The notes below the pieces were generated by a model. That model was not told the origin of the DNA and did no database searches. It saw nothing but the letters and a program-made list of their open reading frames with translations. A stretch of DNA of 64,000 bases. Origin: Eledone cirrhosa. Its lineage: Eukaryota. Positions 1 to 11,888 of this stretch are shown here, one piece after another. The stretch is taken from assembly GCA_964016885.1 (NCBI GenBank), contig OZ024745.1, forward strand, positions 109,244,001 through 109,308,000. The letters run 5' to 3'. Position 1 is the stretch's first letter, and each line of letters begins with the position of its first letter. Both the position numbers and the translations under genes were made by a program.

Positions 1-652
1 ATATGAGTGTATATATATATGTGTATATATATATATATGTGTGTGTGAGTATATATATATATATATATATATGTGTGTATGTATGTATATACACATATAT
101 ATGTATATGTATGTATATACACATATATATGTATATGTATGTGTATATATATGTGCATATGTGTGTGTATATATATTTATATAGGCGATGTATATGCACA
201 TTATTTCAAATGTGTGTGTATGGATATATATATATATATATATATATGTTAGTCCATGATGTACGTGTGTGTGTGCTTGCATGCACGTATATACACATTG
301 TGTGTATGCATGCAAAACGCATGCATATTGTTTCAGGTGGGAAAGTAGATATTCTAAAAATTTTAAATTACTTTTTAATGAAATAAACATTTTTAAAAAT
401 CACACATGCTCACACATACATGCACATATACACCCAAACACACACACATATATTTATATATATATAATATATATATGCCTGTGTATATATAATATATATA
501 TATTATATATATATGTGTATGTATATATATATTATATATATTATATGTGTGTATATATATATATATAATATATGTGTGCCTGTGTATATATAATATATAT
601 ATATATATATTATATATATATGTGTGTGTATATATATACTATATATATTATA

Positions 653-684
<32 letters not shown>

Positions 685-816
685 ATATATGTGTGCCTGT
701 GTATATATAATATATATATATTATATATATATATTTATGTGTATATATATACTATATATATTATATGTGTGTGTGTATATATATATATATAATATATGTG
801 TGCCTGTGTATATATA

Positions 817-849
<33 letters not shown>

Positions 850-950
850 ATATGTGTGTATATATATACTATATATATTATATGTGTGTGTATATATACA
901 TATATAATATATATATGTATATATGTGTGTGCACGTGTATACATACATGC
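1..950. repeat. Compound (TA)n/(TG)n microsatellite with an imperfect higher-order repeat (ATATGTGTGCCTGTGTATATATAAT recurring)
   Basis: Direct reading; all overlapping ORFs are YI/CV/HT dinucleotide translations. Confidence 0.95.
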
Positions 951-1193
951 TCAACAAACGATGTAGAATGTAATGAACTTGTTGAAAGAGATGTCAGCCT
1001 AGTGTGAGTCTTAAAACCTTTAATCAGACTTGATGCAGTTTCAAATACTGTCAATCTTTAATGTTATTTATTTTATCATTTAATACGAAACTATCTGAAA
1101 CAGCTCTTTGCTTCTATGATACAAAACTGTTTATTTTAAAGTGTTTATATTTATCTAAAAACAACCTCGTATAATTTTAACTAAGAACCTTTG

Positions 1194-1421
1194 TTAACCC
1201 TTTAGCGTTTAAACAAGCCATATGTCCGGCCAAAATTCTTTCACCTCTTTCTGTTTAAAATGGCTGCAACCATTCGTTTATACTGATAAGGTATTGTTCT
1301 CAAAATAAATAATATCAAAATCTCATAGATTCGATATTATCTGAGATAATTATGTGAGGTAACGTCTATACCATGAAAATATAACAGTATATGTAGAGTA
1401 ATGTAAATGCTAATTGGTTAA
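1194..1421 (+). mobile_element. piggyBac-like MITE (about 225 bp, TTAA target, CCCTTTAGCATTTA-type TIR)
   Basis: ttaaccctttagcgttta...taaatgctaattggttaa; same family as 8 other copies in the window. Confidence 0.85.
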
Positions 1422-1429
1422 GTTATACC

Positions 1430-1835
1430 TTAACCCATTAATATTTAAACCAACCATATCCGGCCAGAATTCTCTCACAACCTCCTGTTCAAACTGCCCA
1501 TAACTAGTCACTCATACTTATGTTAAGTTATTGTTCTCAAAATAAATAATTGTTTCTATTTTAGGCACAAGGCCAGCTATTACCCGGTGCATTACTGGTA
1601 CTTTATTTGATTGACCCCTTAAGGATGAAAGGCAAAGTCAACCTCGGCAGGATTTGAACTCAGATCGTAAAGGGACGTAACTATGCTGGAAAGCATGGCG
1701 TCCGACCCTCTACCGATACTGCCAATCCACAAAATCTCATAGATCCAATATTCTGCGAGATAATTATATAAGATAAAGTGTTTACTGCGAAAATATAATA
1801 GTAAATATAGAGTAATGTAAATGCTAAAGGGTTAA
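1430..1835 (+). mobile_element. piggyBac-like MITE copy interrupted by a SINE-A (1547-1730, minus strand)
   Basis: TTAA-flanked TIRs at 1430 and 1835; the MITE sequence resumes (aaaatctcatagat) right after the SINE. Confidence 0.85.
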
Positions 1836-3085
1836 GTAATACCTTAAACACTGGTTTCAAAATGAGAAAGTTATTTTCATAAATCTCTCCAAAATATTGA
1901 TTATTTTCAAAATTATGTGAAAACCATAGGCAGTGTCATTCATTAGAATTACGGTAATAACATAGTTAATGAATGCATTAAATCTATTTATGTGTGTTTG
2001 TTATTGGTTAGCCCCAGGTCATGACGAATGTGAGTATTATATGAAAGACTACATTGTCCAATAGGTTCTTTTTTCAAAGACAGTATGGTGTAATCTAAGA
2101 GAGATTTGGTTGTCAATTCTAGCTGCATATGATTATGTAGGGTTAGAAGGTGGATGTATGCATCTTATGAATTTTGACGAAAACTTCTGTCCCTTAGTGT
2201 CCGAGTTTTTTTAGTCACATGGAACATCTTTGAAAGAGCCTCACCTTATTCTCTTGGAGTGCACACCTGCCAGTTTTTCCTCGATGTGAGGCTGTACATA
2301 TTGCAGTAACCCTCAATATAAATCAACAGGAAGACTAACATAATGTTTTGCTACCATCAGAGATGTTAAGCCCTGAGGCTTAGGGGTTAGAGAATTGGAT
2401 TGGTTCAATTCCCAGACTGGGCAATGCATTATGTCCTTGAACAAGACACTTTATTACACATTGCTCCAGTTTCTAGGAGATGCAACACGTAGATAGTATC
2501 AGCAATAAAAAGACCCATGAAAACATTGTTTCTTTGGTCTGATTTGATATATTCCATCTTACTTGGCAAGCAAATGAGTTCTGGGATCTTGTCAATCATA
2601 TTTTTTAAAAAAAAGCAATTCCAATTCACCTTATGATCTGACCAAACAAACCAAAGAATAAAAGTTATTTCACTGTTGTAGAGCAGATGTGAATGCATTA
2701 TTTGAAAAAAATGAATACATCTATGGTGAACTAATGTGGACGTTCCAGTTGTTTTATCCTGGCAACAGATTTTCATTTGTACCTATTATTGCTGATAGAC
2801 TGGGCTATATAACAGATTTGTATAAAAGCTTATCAACGCAGGGTTTTCCTAGAAAGAACAAACCAAACCAACTCACATCCTCCAAATCGATTAGCAGTAT
2901 ATTGAGAACTTGTAAAACATCCCAAGGATTATCCATTTGCATTTCCGGGAATTATCATATATGTACAACTATGTATGAACATATGTCATACACACACATA
3001 AATAAAGAATAATTGTGTACACACAAACACCTATGTACTACATAGAATAGATATGCCTACTCATTAATGCAAGTGTAAATATACA

Positions 3086-3313
3086 TTAACCCTTTAATGT
3101 TTAAACCGGCCCAAACCGGCCAGAATTCTCTACCTTTCTCTGTTAAAACTGACTGTAACTGGTCGCTCAAACTGATGTTAAGGTATTGTTCTCAAAATAA
3201 ATACTTTCAAAATCTCATAGATTAGATATTATGTGAGATAATTATGCGAGGTAAAGCCTTTACCATGAAAATATAATAGTATATATAGAGTAATGTGAAT
3301 GCTAAAGGATTAA
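3086..3313 (+). mobile_element. piggyBac-like MITE copy
   Basis: ttaaccctttaatgttta...aatgctaaaggattaa; internal identity to the other copies. Confidence 0.85.
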
Positions 3314-3878
3314 ATGATGATGGTAATGGCACAAACTCTTGCTGTCTTGATTATAAATCCCAGGAACTGTCTTATCACTTTGTTAGTGACTGGCTTGAAT
3401 TCTTTGAATAAGAATTGAAATAAATCTCAAATAAACTGACAAACATGCTGAGAGTAATACACTGAAGTAAAACAACAGTGTACCATGTTTCACATGGTCT
3501 AAAAAAGACTTTGATGTCTAATAACAAATCCCTTATTAAAAAGTAATGTAGGCAATACTGTGTTGTTAAGAAGTTTGCTTCAGAACTAAATGATTTCAGG
3601 TTCGTTCCTACTCTGGGAGAGCTGGAGCTAGTGTCATGTATTTATTACATCAAGCTAACCAATGCACTGTGAGTAAAGTTGGCAGATGGAAATTGCATGG
3701 ATGCTTGTTATTTACATGTGAACTTAGGGCAGCAAATTATCAGAATCATTAGAATGGCATATAGAATGCATTGCAGTATTTGTTTTGGCTCTCTGAGTTC
3801 AAATCCCATTGCTTTTCATCCATTCTAAGTTAATAAAAAGAATCAGTCAAGTACTGGGTCTCAATATATATATATATA

Positions 3879-4417
3879 GGTCAGAGCGGTGATTCGACTG
3901 CACTCCATGGAGAAAATGTCAAAGGCATTTCTGCGGACAATCGCCAGAAACACACTGCAATAGCTCGCAGGACTCCTTCCTCAGATGGGCTGCTATTGAT
4001 CTGATTTTATGGAGGAGGTCTGACATCCAGAAGCACTCAACAAAAAATTATTTTCAGGAGTTATTAATATTAAAATATAAGTATTAATGAAATAGATGTT
4101 CTTTTGATCAATTACATTTTATTATACATATTTCGGATGTACAACAGTACGTCCTCATCAGACAAAATATAATGATACATGACATACCCTGAGATGTTAA
4201 ATGGTTAAGATTTAATCAAGGTAGTACCTTGATTAAATCTTAACCATTTAACATGTATAATATGTATAATAAAATGTAATTGATCAAAAGAACATCTATT
4301 TCATTAATACTTATATTAATAACTCCTGAAAATTAATTTCTGTTGAGTGCTTCCAATCTACTGTAAAAATCATTCTTTGACATAATCATTGAATATTGTT
4401 TAACAATTTAATACTTA
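3879..4417. mobile_element. Fold-back Penelope-like non-coding insert, family P1, between (TA)n tracts
   Basis: Inverted arms about 4030-4220 / 4226-4353 around caaggtagtaccttg; homologous copy at 62540-62880. Confidence 0.75.
4111..4173 (-). ncRNA. Type I hammerhead ribozyme, canonical core (family P1)
   Basis: Minus strand reads AUUAUAUUUUGU-CUGAUGA-GGAcGUAC(uguu..)GUACaUCC-GAAA-UAUGUA-UA^AUAAAAUGUAAU, with a 12-bp stem I (two GU pairs). Confidence 0.85.
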
Positions 4418-4451
4418 TATATATATATATATATATATGTGCATAAATATG

Positions 4452-4512
<61 letters not shown>

Positions 4513-4516
4513 TTAT

Positions 4517-4553
<37 letters not shown>

Positions 4554-4592
4554 CATATTTATATATATATAAATATATACATACATATTTAT

Positions 4593-4626
<34 letters not shown>

Positions 4627-4733
4627 ACATATTTATACACATATATATATATATACACATACATATTTATACACACACATATATATATATATATATATAC
4701 ATATTTATACACATATATATATACATATTTATG

Positions 4734-4775
<42 letters not shown>

Positions 4776-5295
4776 TACATAGAAATATATAGAGGGGCAG
4801 GAGAGAGAAAGGGAGAGACAAGAATGCTTTTTCAATCTGAAATGAAATTAGTGTTTACATGAGTATGTTTAAAATATAATGGTATATAAAAGACATATCT
4901 ACACACACACACACACACACATGCAAGTAACATACACATTCATACACACAGATAACACACACACACACACACACTCATCCACAGAGAGACTCAATCAAAA
5001 ATCACATGCAATTTTTAATAGGAATCACAGTTTCAGTTTTTGTTTGTTTTTTTTTTTCTCTTCTTTCAGTGGAATGGCAGGTGTGTGGAGATGTCAAATG
5101 GAGAGCTGTCTAATACTCTATTTATTTACTTACCTATCTATATATACTCTATTCATTTATATAAATTATTAAAATCTCTTCTAAGTTAAACCACCCCACA
5201 ACCACTGGCAAACTCTTCCCACCTCCATTTCAGATATGAACACAGATACACATCTCAGAGGTAGGTAACTAAAAACATCTGAGTTACATCAAATA

Positions 5296-5344
<49 letters not shown>

Positions 5345-5445
5345 TGATGGATAGATGTTTAGATAGATAGATAGACAGATAAGTAGGAGGACATATATCA
5401 TCATCATCATCATTTTACGTCCGCTTTTCCCTGCTTGCAAAGATG

Positions 5446-5482
<37 letters not shown>

Positions 5483-5483
<1 letters not shown>

Positions 5484-5814
5484 CGAAGGAAATGTGGTAA
5501 GGAACCAGGTGGACCATAACGCACCAAAGTACTCAATACTTGAGGTAGTAGAGTGGGTAATAGGAACCAGTAAGACCCCGACAGCTGAGCTCAAGCCGTT
5601 TCGACGGCTAATTCTGGACTAAATGAACATTTATCCTGGTATTTAAATAGCCGATCTTCTCAAGGGGTAATTCCATATATGGTCAAAGTGACCATATATG
5701 GAATTACCCCTTGAGAAGATCGGCTATTTAAATACCAGGATAAATTTTCATTTAGTCCAGAATTAGCCGTCGAAACGGCTTGAGCTCAGCTGTCGGGGTC
5801 TTACTGGTTCCTAT
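5483..5814. mobile_element. Fold-back Penelope-like insert, family P2: 255-bp near-perfect hairpin (5560-5814) plus single-copy tail, with a degenerate HHR in both arms
   Basis: Arms centred on ggtca-aag-tgacc (5687), one mismatch seen. 5706-5799 folds as ACCCC-UUGAGAAGA-UCGGCUA...UAGCCGUC-GAAA-CGGCUUGAGCUCAGCUG-UC^GGGGU. Confidence 0.75.
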
Positions 5815-5849
5815 ATATATATATATGTATATATATATATAGTAATAAT

Positions 5850-6032
5850 AATTGTTTATACTTTAGGCACAAGGCCAGCAATTACCCAGTGCATTACTGG
5901 TACTTTATTTTATCGACCACGTAAGGATGAAAGGCAAAGTCAACCTCGGCGGGATTTGAACTCAGACTGTAAAGGGACGTAACTATGCTGGAAAGCATGG
6001 CGTCCGACCCTCTACCGATACTGCCAATCCAC
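5850..6032 (-). mobile_element. SINE-A (tRNA-derived head; Meta-domain-like core GCCTTTCATCCTTACGGGGTCGATAAAATAAAGTACCAG; (TTA)n tail)
   Basis: A box TGGCAGTATCGG and B box GAGTTCAAATCCC on the minus strand; more than 20 copies in the window. Confidence 0.85.
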
Positions 6033-6080
6033 TTGAAGACTAAAATCCAAAGAGGGCTCCATATATATATATATATATAT

Positions 6081-6265
6081 AATGAAGGAAGTGTGGTAAG
6101 GAACCAGATGGACCATAACACACCAGAGTACTCAATACTTAGGGTAGTAGAGTGGGTAATAGGAAAATGTTTAACCCCGACAGCAGAGCTCAAGTCATTT
6201 CGTTAGGTATTTCTGAAATAGCTGTCGAAATGGCATGAGCTCTGCTGTTGGGGGTTAAACATTTT

Positions 6266-6270
<5 letters not shown>
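6081..6270. mobile_element. Second, diverged family P2 fold-back insert, folding back inside the HHR
   Basis: Tail homologous to 5483-5600; inverted arms about 6159-6202 / 6225-6270; TA-flanked. Confidence 0.7.
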
Positions 6271-6305
<35 letters not shown>

Positions 6306-6571
6306 CCTGGAAAATGGATGTTAAATGGTGATGGTGATGATGATGATATATATATATCATCCTCATCAGTTCCCGTATGAGCAAGGCATGGTCAGCCAAT
6401 TGGCTGCTGCCCACAACAGGACAACCCGTCTAACCCATGCTAGCGTGGAAGAACGGACGTAAAATGATGATGATGATGATGATGATGATATATATATATA
6501 TATGTGTGGGAAATTGATGTTAAACGGTGATGATGATGATGATAATATATATATATATAGTAATAATAGTA

Positions 6572-6613
<42 letters not shown>

Positions 6614-6674
6614 GATCCCGTTAAGGGTGAAAGCAGCGATTCTTTGCTTAAACTTTAATCTGTCATTTTAATAA

Positions 6675-6712
<38 letters not shown>

Positions 6713-6716
6713 TGAT

Positions 6717-6748
<32 letters not shown>

Positions 6749-7097
6749 GGAGAGAGAGAGAGAGAGAGAGAGTGAGTGAGAGGGAGTGAGATAGAGAGAG
6801 AGTGAGTGAGAGTGAGTGAGAGGGCATGAGAGGGAGAGATACATAGATAGATGGATAGATAAACTATATATCTCTGATATCCCAGATTCACACCTGCATA
6901 AAGAAAATTCACTTAGTGAGCCCAAATGAAACATTGGCTACCTAGCCATATAATGTTATTTTTGTTGTTGTTGTCTTTGGTAACGTGTTGGGTCTACCAT
7001 TCTCTGATTCAGTATCTGTTTCTCTATGTGTAAATACATATACATGTAGATGTATACATGTATGTATATATGTATGTGTATATATGTATGTATATGT

Positions 7098-7625
7098 GGC
7101 AACCCCACCAAGGTTTCTTGGTGAGGAGGTTGACTTTGGACATCCTGCAGGACTAAAAATAAAACCAGTCAAAGAGCAAAGGAGCTCTTAAGAGTCAATG
7201 GCCATCCAAAATCACTGGGAGAGAAGACTCCTTAGCCTTTGTCAAGGCAGAATTCTAGAAGGAAAACTCTGATATAACACCTGCAACCCTGATGGTATCC
7301 AATGATGTTGACTTGTTCTTCTTTTTGGTAAATATCATCTTGGTTAAGAGAGTGGGACTGGCTTTGTGCAGTGCCTTTGCTCACTATAAAAGCTTCACGG
7401 CACAGGCATTGCTTTATATCTGGAGATCTCTCTGCACTTGTCGTCACATGGTACCATGGGCCCAGCACTATGTGTCAATAATTGTCACAAGTGTAGTGTT
7501 TGTATCAGAGTTTTCAAGTCGCTGGCTGGACTAAAAAGTCACACTTTTTTAGCGCATCGGTAGGGGTTCTCCTACATGGATATAAAGTAGTGGCCGTACT
7601 CGAAAACGAGTTGGCAGCCACTATG
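7098..7625 (+). mobile_element. Bipartite non-autonomous RTE-derived retroposon (RTE-like 5' UTR joined to the C-terminal C2H2 finger and 3' UTR) in (TATG)n
   Basis: 7483-7563 reads CHKCSVCIRVFKSLAGLKSH with a frameshift to LLAHR*; 5' part has gaaggaaaactctgat, typical of RTE 5' UTRs; the tail is repeated at 8085-8116. Confidence 0.55.
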
Positions 7626-7657
7626 TATGCATGTATATATATATATATATATATATA

Positions 7658-7910
7658 TTTATTAAAATAACAGATTAAAGTTTAAGCAAAGAATCGCTGC
7701 TTTCACCCTTAACGGGATCTTAAGTTTTTTTAAATATCCAGTTCTGCGTTTACAGATTGACTTTGTTAGTTTCAGAAGATCCCGTTAAGGGTGAAAGCAG
7801 CGATTCTTTGCTTAAACTTTAATCTGTTATTTTAATAAATATTTGCTCTACGGTTCTTATATATTTGATATATATTTTCCTTATCGAGCCCTCTTTGTAT
7901 TTTAGTCTTC
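7658..7910. mobile_element. Fold-back Penelope-like insert, family P3 (further pieces at 6033-6060, 6613-6675, 11334-11390, 11822-11930, 16728-16771, 36733-36772)
   Basis: Inverted arms about 7658-7721 / 7776-7840, tail to about 7910, TA-flanked. Confidence 0.75.
7768..7818 (+). ncRNA. Hammerhead-like fold with variant core CAGAAGA (U4A), family P3
   Basis: AGUUU-CAGAAGA-UCCC(GUUAA)GGGU-GAAA-GCAG(CGAUUCU)UUGC-UU^AAACU; all three stems pair. Confidence 0.65.
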
Positions 7911-7924
7911 AATTTTATTATTAT

Positions 7925-7993
<69 letters not shown>

Positions 7994-8053
7994 CGCACAC
8001 ACACACACTCACATACAGGGGTGGTGGAAGCATTTCGGAATTATTGACTGCAT

Positions 8054-8085
<32 letters not shown>

Positions 8086-8502
8086 TGCCGTACTCGAAAA
8101 CGAGTTGGAAGCCACCATATATGTATGTATATATGTATGTATATATGTATGTATGTATATATGTATGTAGATGTATACATGTATGTATATATGTATGTAT
8201 ATATGTATGTAGATGTATACATGTATGTATATATGTATGTATATATGTATGTATAACATGAGTAAATATGTATGTATATTATAATACATGAATGTGTTGG
8301 TGCTTCTCTTAGGGATGCTTCCATTTCATTCACCCTATATAGTATTTGTATTTGAGTGGGTGTAACAAGTGTGCAAATATATAATTTAAACAGTAAAGCA
8401 TAAACAAATGTATACATATGCATACACACACATATACACACATACATTTATATACATATATGTATATATATATGTGTGTGTATATATATGTGTGTATATA
8501 TA

Positions 8503-8540
<38 letters not shown>

Positions 8541-8543
<3 letters not shown>

Positions 8544-9420
8544 GAAAATGTGTGAAATCCTTGGTACAGTTAGGTATATTTCAAAAAAGGATAAGAATGA
8601 CTTCACTTGTAGTTCTAAACAATTTAATTTAATTTCATAATATTATTATTTTACAATTTGGTTTTGTAGATCTAGTTTTGTAGATCTAGTTTTGATCTAG
8701 ATCTAGTTTTGTAGATCTAGTTTTGTAGATCTAGTTTTGATCTAGATCTAGTTTTGATCTAGTTTTGTAGATCTAGATTTTTAAAGATTCCTGGTTAACT
8801 TTCCTGGAGATCTTTCTCACATTCGTCGGTGAAGATTGTCAAACTGATCTCATTTTCATTGTCAAACTGATCTCAGTTTGACAATTGCCACCGACGAATG
8901 CAAGTAAGTTCTCAAGGAAAGTTAACCAGGAATCTTTAAAAATCTCCCCACCAAAGTTAACAAAGAATTTACTAGATCTACAAAACCAAATTGTAAAATA
9001 ATATTATAAAATTAAATTCTAGATAACAGTAAAACAAAATGCTAGATAGACCTTGAAAATCCTTTAAAGACACCATTCTTTCAAAATATGTCTATTTTCA
9101 AGAATACAGAAAGAGGCCTTACGACTTCATTATCTGAATATATTTGGAGTTTAAAGAATGATTATATTAATAATTGTGTAATCATTCTCCTACATTATTG
9201 GATCCAGAAGATGTGATCTTTGTCTCTCAGAGAATTGTAACATTCTATTATAGCATTTTGCAATATTCTTTTTGTTAAAAAAATATTGGAATTGGTAAAA
9301 TACATGGACATATTTCACTCCCGAAGATAAAACTTCAAGTACTTCAACAAAAATCTGGTTAAAATTGTTTATTTCCAACATAAAGGATTTACAATATCCT
9401 GAAAGATGATCATTTGATTA
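8541..9420 (+). mobile_element. Decayed Penelope-like element with fold-back 5' part and GIY-YIG-region coding remnants
   Basis: 9121-9165 translates TTSLSEYIWSLKNDY and 9200-9247 GSRRCDLCLSENCNIL, resembling the T-x-LS-x-YIW-x-LK and C-x-LC-x2-E motifs of invertebrate PLE endonuclease C-termini. Nested inverted repeats at about 8630-9018. Confidence 0.65.
8660..8778. repeat. Short tandem repeat, 14-bp unit TAGATCTAGTTTTG with variants
   Basis: About 8 imperfect units read directly. Confidence 0.85.
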
Positions 9421-11456
9421 AAAAAATTATTCATTTATTTATTCATTATCACATTACTTGTTTACATGTGTTTTATACATATTGTACTGAAAGACAAGAA
9501 AATATATTAGGTTTTCACATGTGGATAGATGAACATATCACATGTTCTATTTATGACAAGTGAACAGATGTATGTGTGATGCATTTCTAATGTTTTTGTC
9601 AGTAAGCAATCAAATAGGAGTGATTATTTATATTTCGATCTGTTTGCAAATATTTTTGTTTATATATTGTTATGCTACTTGCTTACTTCTGATGTTAGAA
9701 TAATCAGTAACATGAAATTCAGAATTACAATTCAAGAAGCTTTAGCTGCTAATAAAATATACACACTACTTTGTATATTGAATACTTTCTTCCTAATTTT
9801 TAAACAGGAAGAGTCACCAATCCGTATGTGTGAGCATGTATGTCTGCATATGAGTATGTGTGTGTCTGTATGAGTGTCCGTGTGTAAATATCCTTATACT
9901 TAAATATGCACAGATGCAATACAAATTCACAGATACATACATTAAAGGAAACTATAAAGAAAGAACTGTCAGTAGATCTCTTGACACCATCTTGGACAAT
10001 TACACTCATTCCTTTTGACCAAACCCTGTAGCAATTTCTCCAGTGTTGGCAACTCTAGGCAAATTAGTTGTCAAATTCGAAGCACTGGTGCAAAGGAGCA
10101 TAAATTCCAGTCCTCTAATGTAGATATATTGCCACCAGCAGTGAATTTCACACAAGAAAATGTGTTGTATGTAGAAGGTTTTATATTGGCGCCACAGCTG
10201 CCTGGGGTGTGGGTTGCTTGGGACTGAAGAGAGTATTAGAGTAATGATGATCTGAAAATTATATTGGCTGTGTTCTGCAGAGCACACACAAATAATGACC
10301 AATGATATTCACAGCATTACATCTGAAAGACAAGGTTTGGAGATAATTTATAATATATCAGAAGCTATTTGTTTCCTTGCATGTAAACCATACACAAATG
10401 AGTATGCAAAAAGCACAGAGGCAACAGTTGTGTGAGTTCAAATCTTGCCAAAAACATTATTTAGTTTTTCAAAGTACTGGGATTAACAAAATGGCTAGGT
10501 ATGGATGTCCTTAGGTTTTCAATCTTCTAAGAGGAATCAAAAACAAAAAGTTTAAGAGAAGCTGTCTTTGTTGTTATTGTTTGATAACCCGAGGTCAGAA
10601 TTGATCCAGAAGGTGTGTCCCCAAAATATGTATATATACTTCAACAGCAAAGTAATCAAAGTGTCTATGCATTTTGGGGTGACACCCTGTATATATATAT
10701 AATAATAATATTAATAAACAAAAGATAGCTACTTTAGATCATCTCTATTTATTTATATATATTGCGTATCACATATCTGCACCGACACATCATCATCGTT
10801 CTTATGTTCGTTGTTCCATGCTTGCATGGGTTGGACAATTAATACTGTCATATTTATAAATGTATATAAATGATATGGCAGTATTAATAAAATATGAAAT
10901 CTTACATAATACAATAAATGTAGATATACAGCATATATCTACCAAAATTAACTGAGATAAATTTATCTATGAAATGTCTCTATATCTGTAAACAATACAG
11001 TCGCCATTGCTATTCAGCCCATCCTGAAAGTAAATGGCAGAATGCAGTTTGTCAATTACTACCAAGATATCGAACACAGTTATGACAACCAAAGTTTGAA
11101 ATCTCACAACCTGGATGTGCCCCGGGGGCATTGAGAAGGTCGGGTGGTGGTGGTGGTGGGGGTTTAGAGATGATATAATATATTAAATATCAAATGATAC
11201 ATATTATATATAAATATAGTAAAATAAAAAAAATATATAATATTTATTTATACATAGTATATACTATATTATTTATTATGAATAAATTAACGATTTTATT
11301 TATTACTAGCAGAATGGCCCGGCGTTGCTCGGGATTTGCTCTAGGGTTCTTAAATATTTGATATATATTTATCCTTATCGAGCCTTGTGAAATAAATACG
11401 TTTGTTTATATTTTGTTATTGTGTATGCAAAAATATCTGTACACGAATATATAATT

Positions 11457-11798
11457 CATCATCATCATCATCATCATTTTACGTCCACTTTTCCCTGCTT
11501 GCAAGGGTGGAACGGGAACTGATTCTGGCTTGATTTCTACAGCTGGATGCCCTTCCTAACACCGACCTCATTTACAGTGAGTGCTGGGTGCTTTTTTGTC
11601 ATGGTACCTCCACGACCACTTTGCAGTGGAATGATATGGACCCCAGTCCCTATCATCTCATTTCTACAGCTGAGTAAACTGGAGCAATGTGAAATAAAGT
11701 GTCTTGCTCAAGGAAACAACACATCACCCGGTCTGAGAATTGAACTCACAACCTTTCGATTGCAAGGCCAATGCTCTAACCACTAAGCCATATGCCTC
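11457..11798 (-). mobile_element. SINE-B (tRNA-like head GGCTTAGTGGTTAGAGC...GAGTTCAATTCTC, CCTTGAGCAAGACACTTTA core, LINE-like tail ending in (GAT)n)
   Basis: Near-identical copies at 18083-18379, 24587-24933, 36117-36432 and 38735-39068. Confidence 0.9.
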
Positions 11799-11837
11799 CA
11801 ATTATATATATATATATATATTAGAATAACAGATTAA

Positions 11838-11888
11838 AATTTAAGCAAAGAATCGCTGCTTTCACCCTTAACGGGATCTTCTGAAACT
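11838..11888 (-). ncRNA. Second copy of the CAGAAGA-core hammerhead-like fold (family P3)
   Basis: Minus strand AGUUU-CAGAAGA-UCCCGUUAAGGGU-GAAA-GCAGCGAUUCUUUGC-UU^AAAUU; the stem I change (C to U) keeps pairing as G-U. Confidence 0.65.

Noticed and set aside
9980-10320. Possible RLE-type LINE remnant on the minus strand
   Set aside because: Motifs too decayed to assign by eye; needs a translated search.
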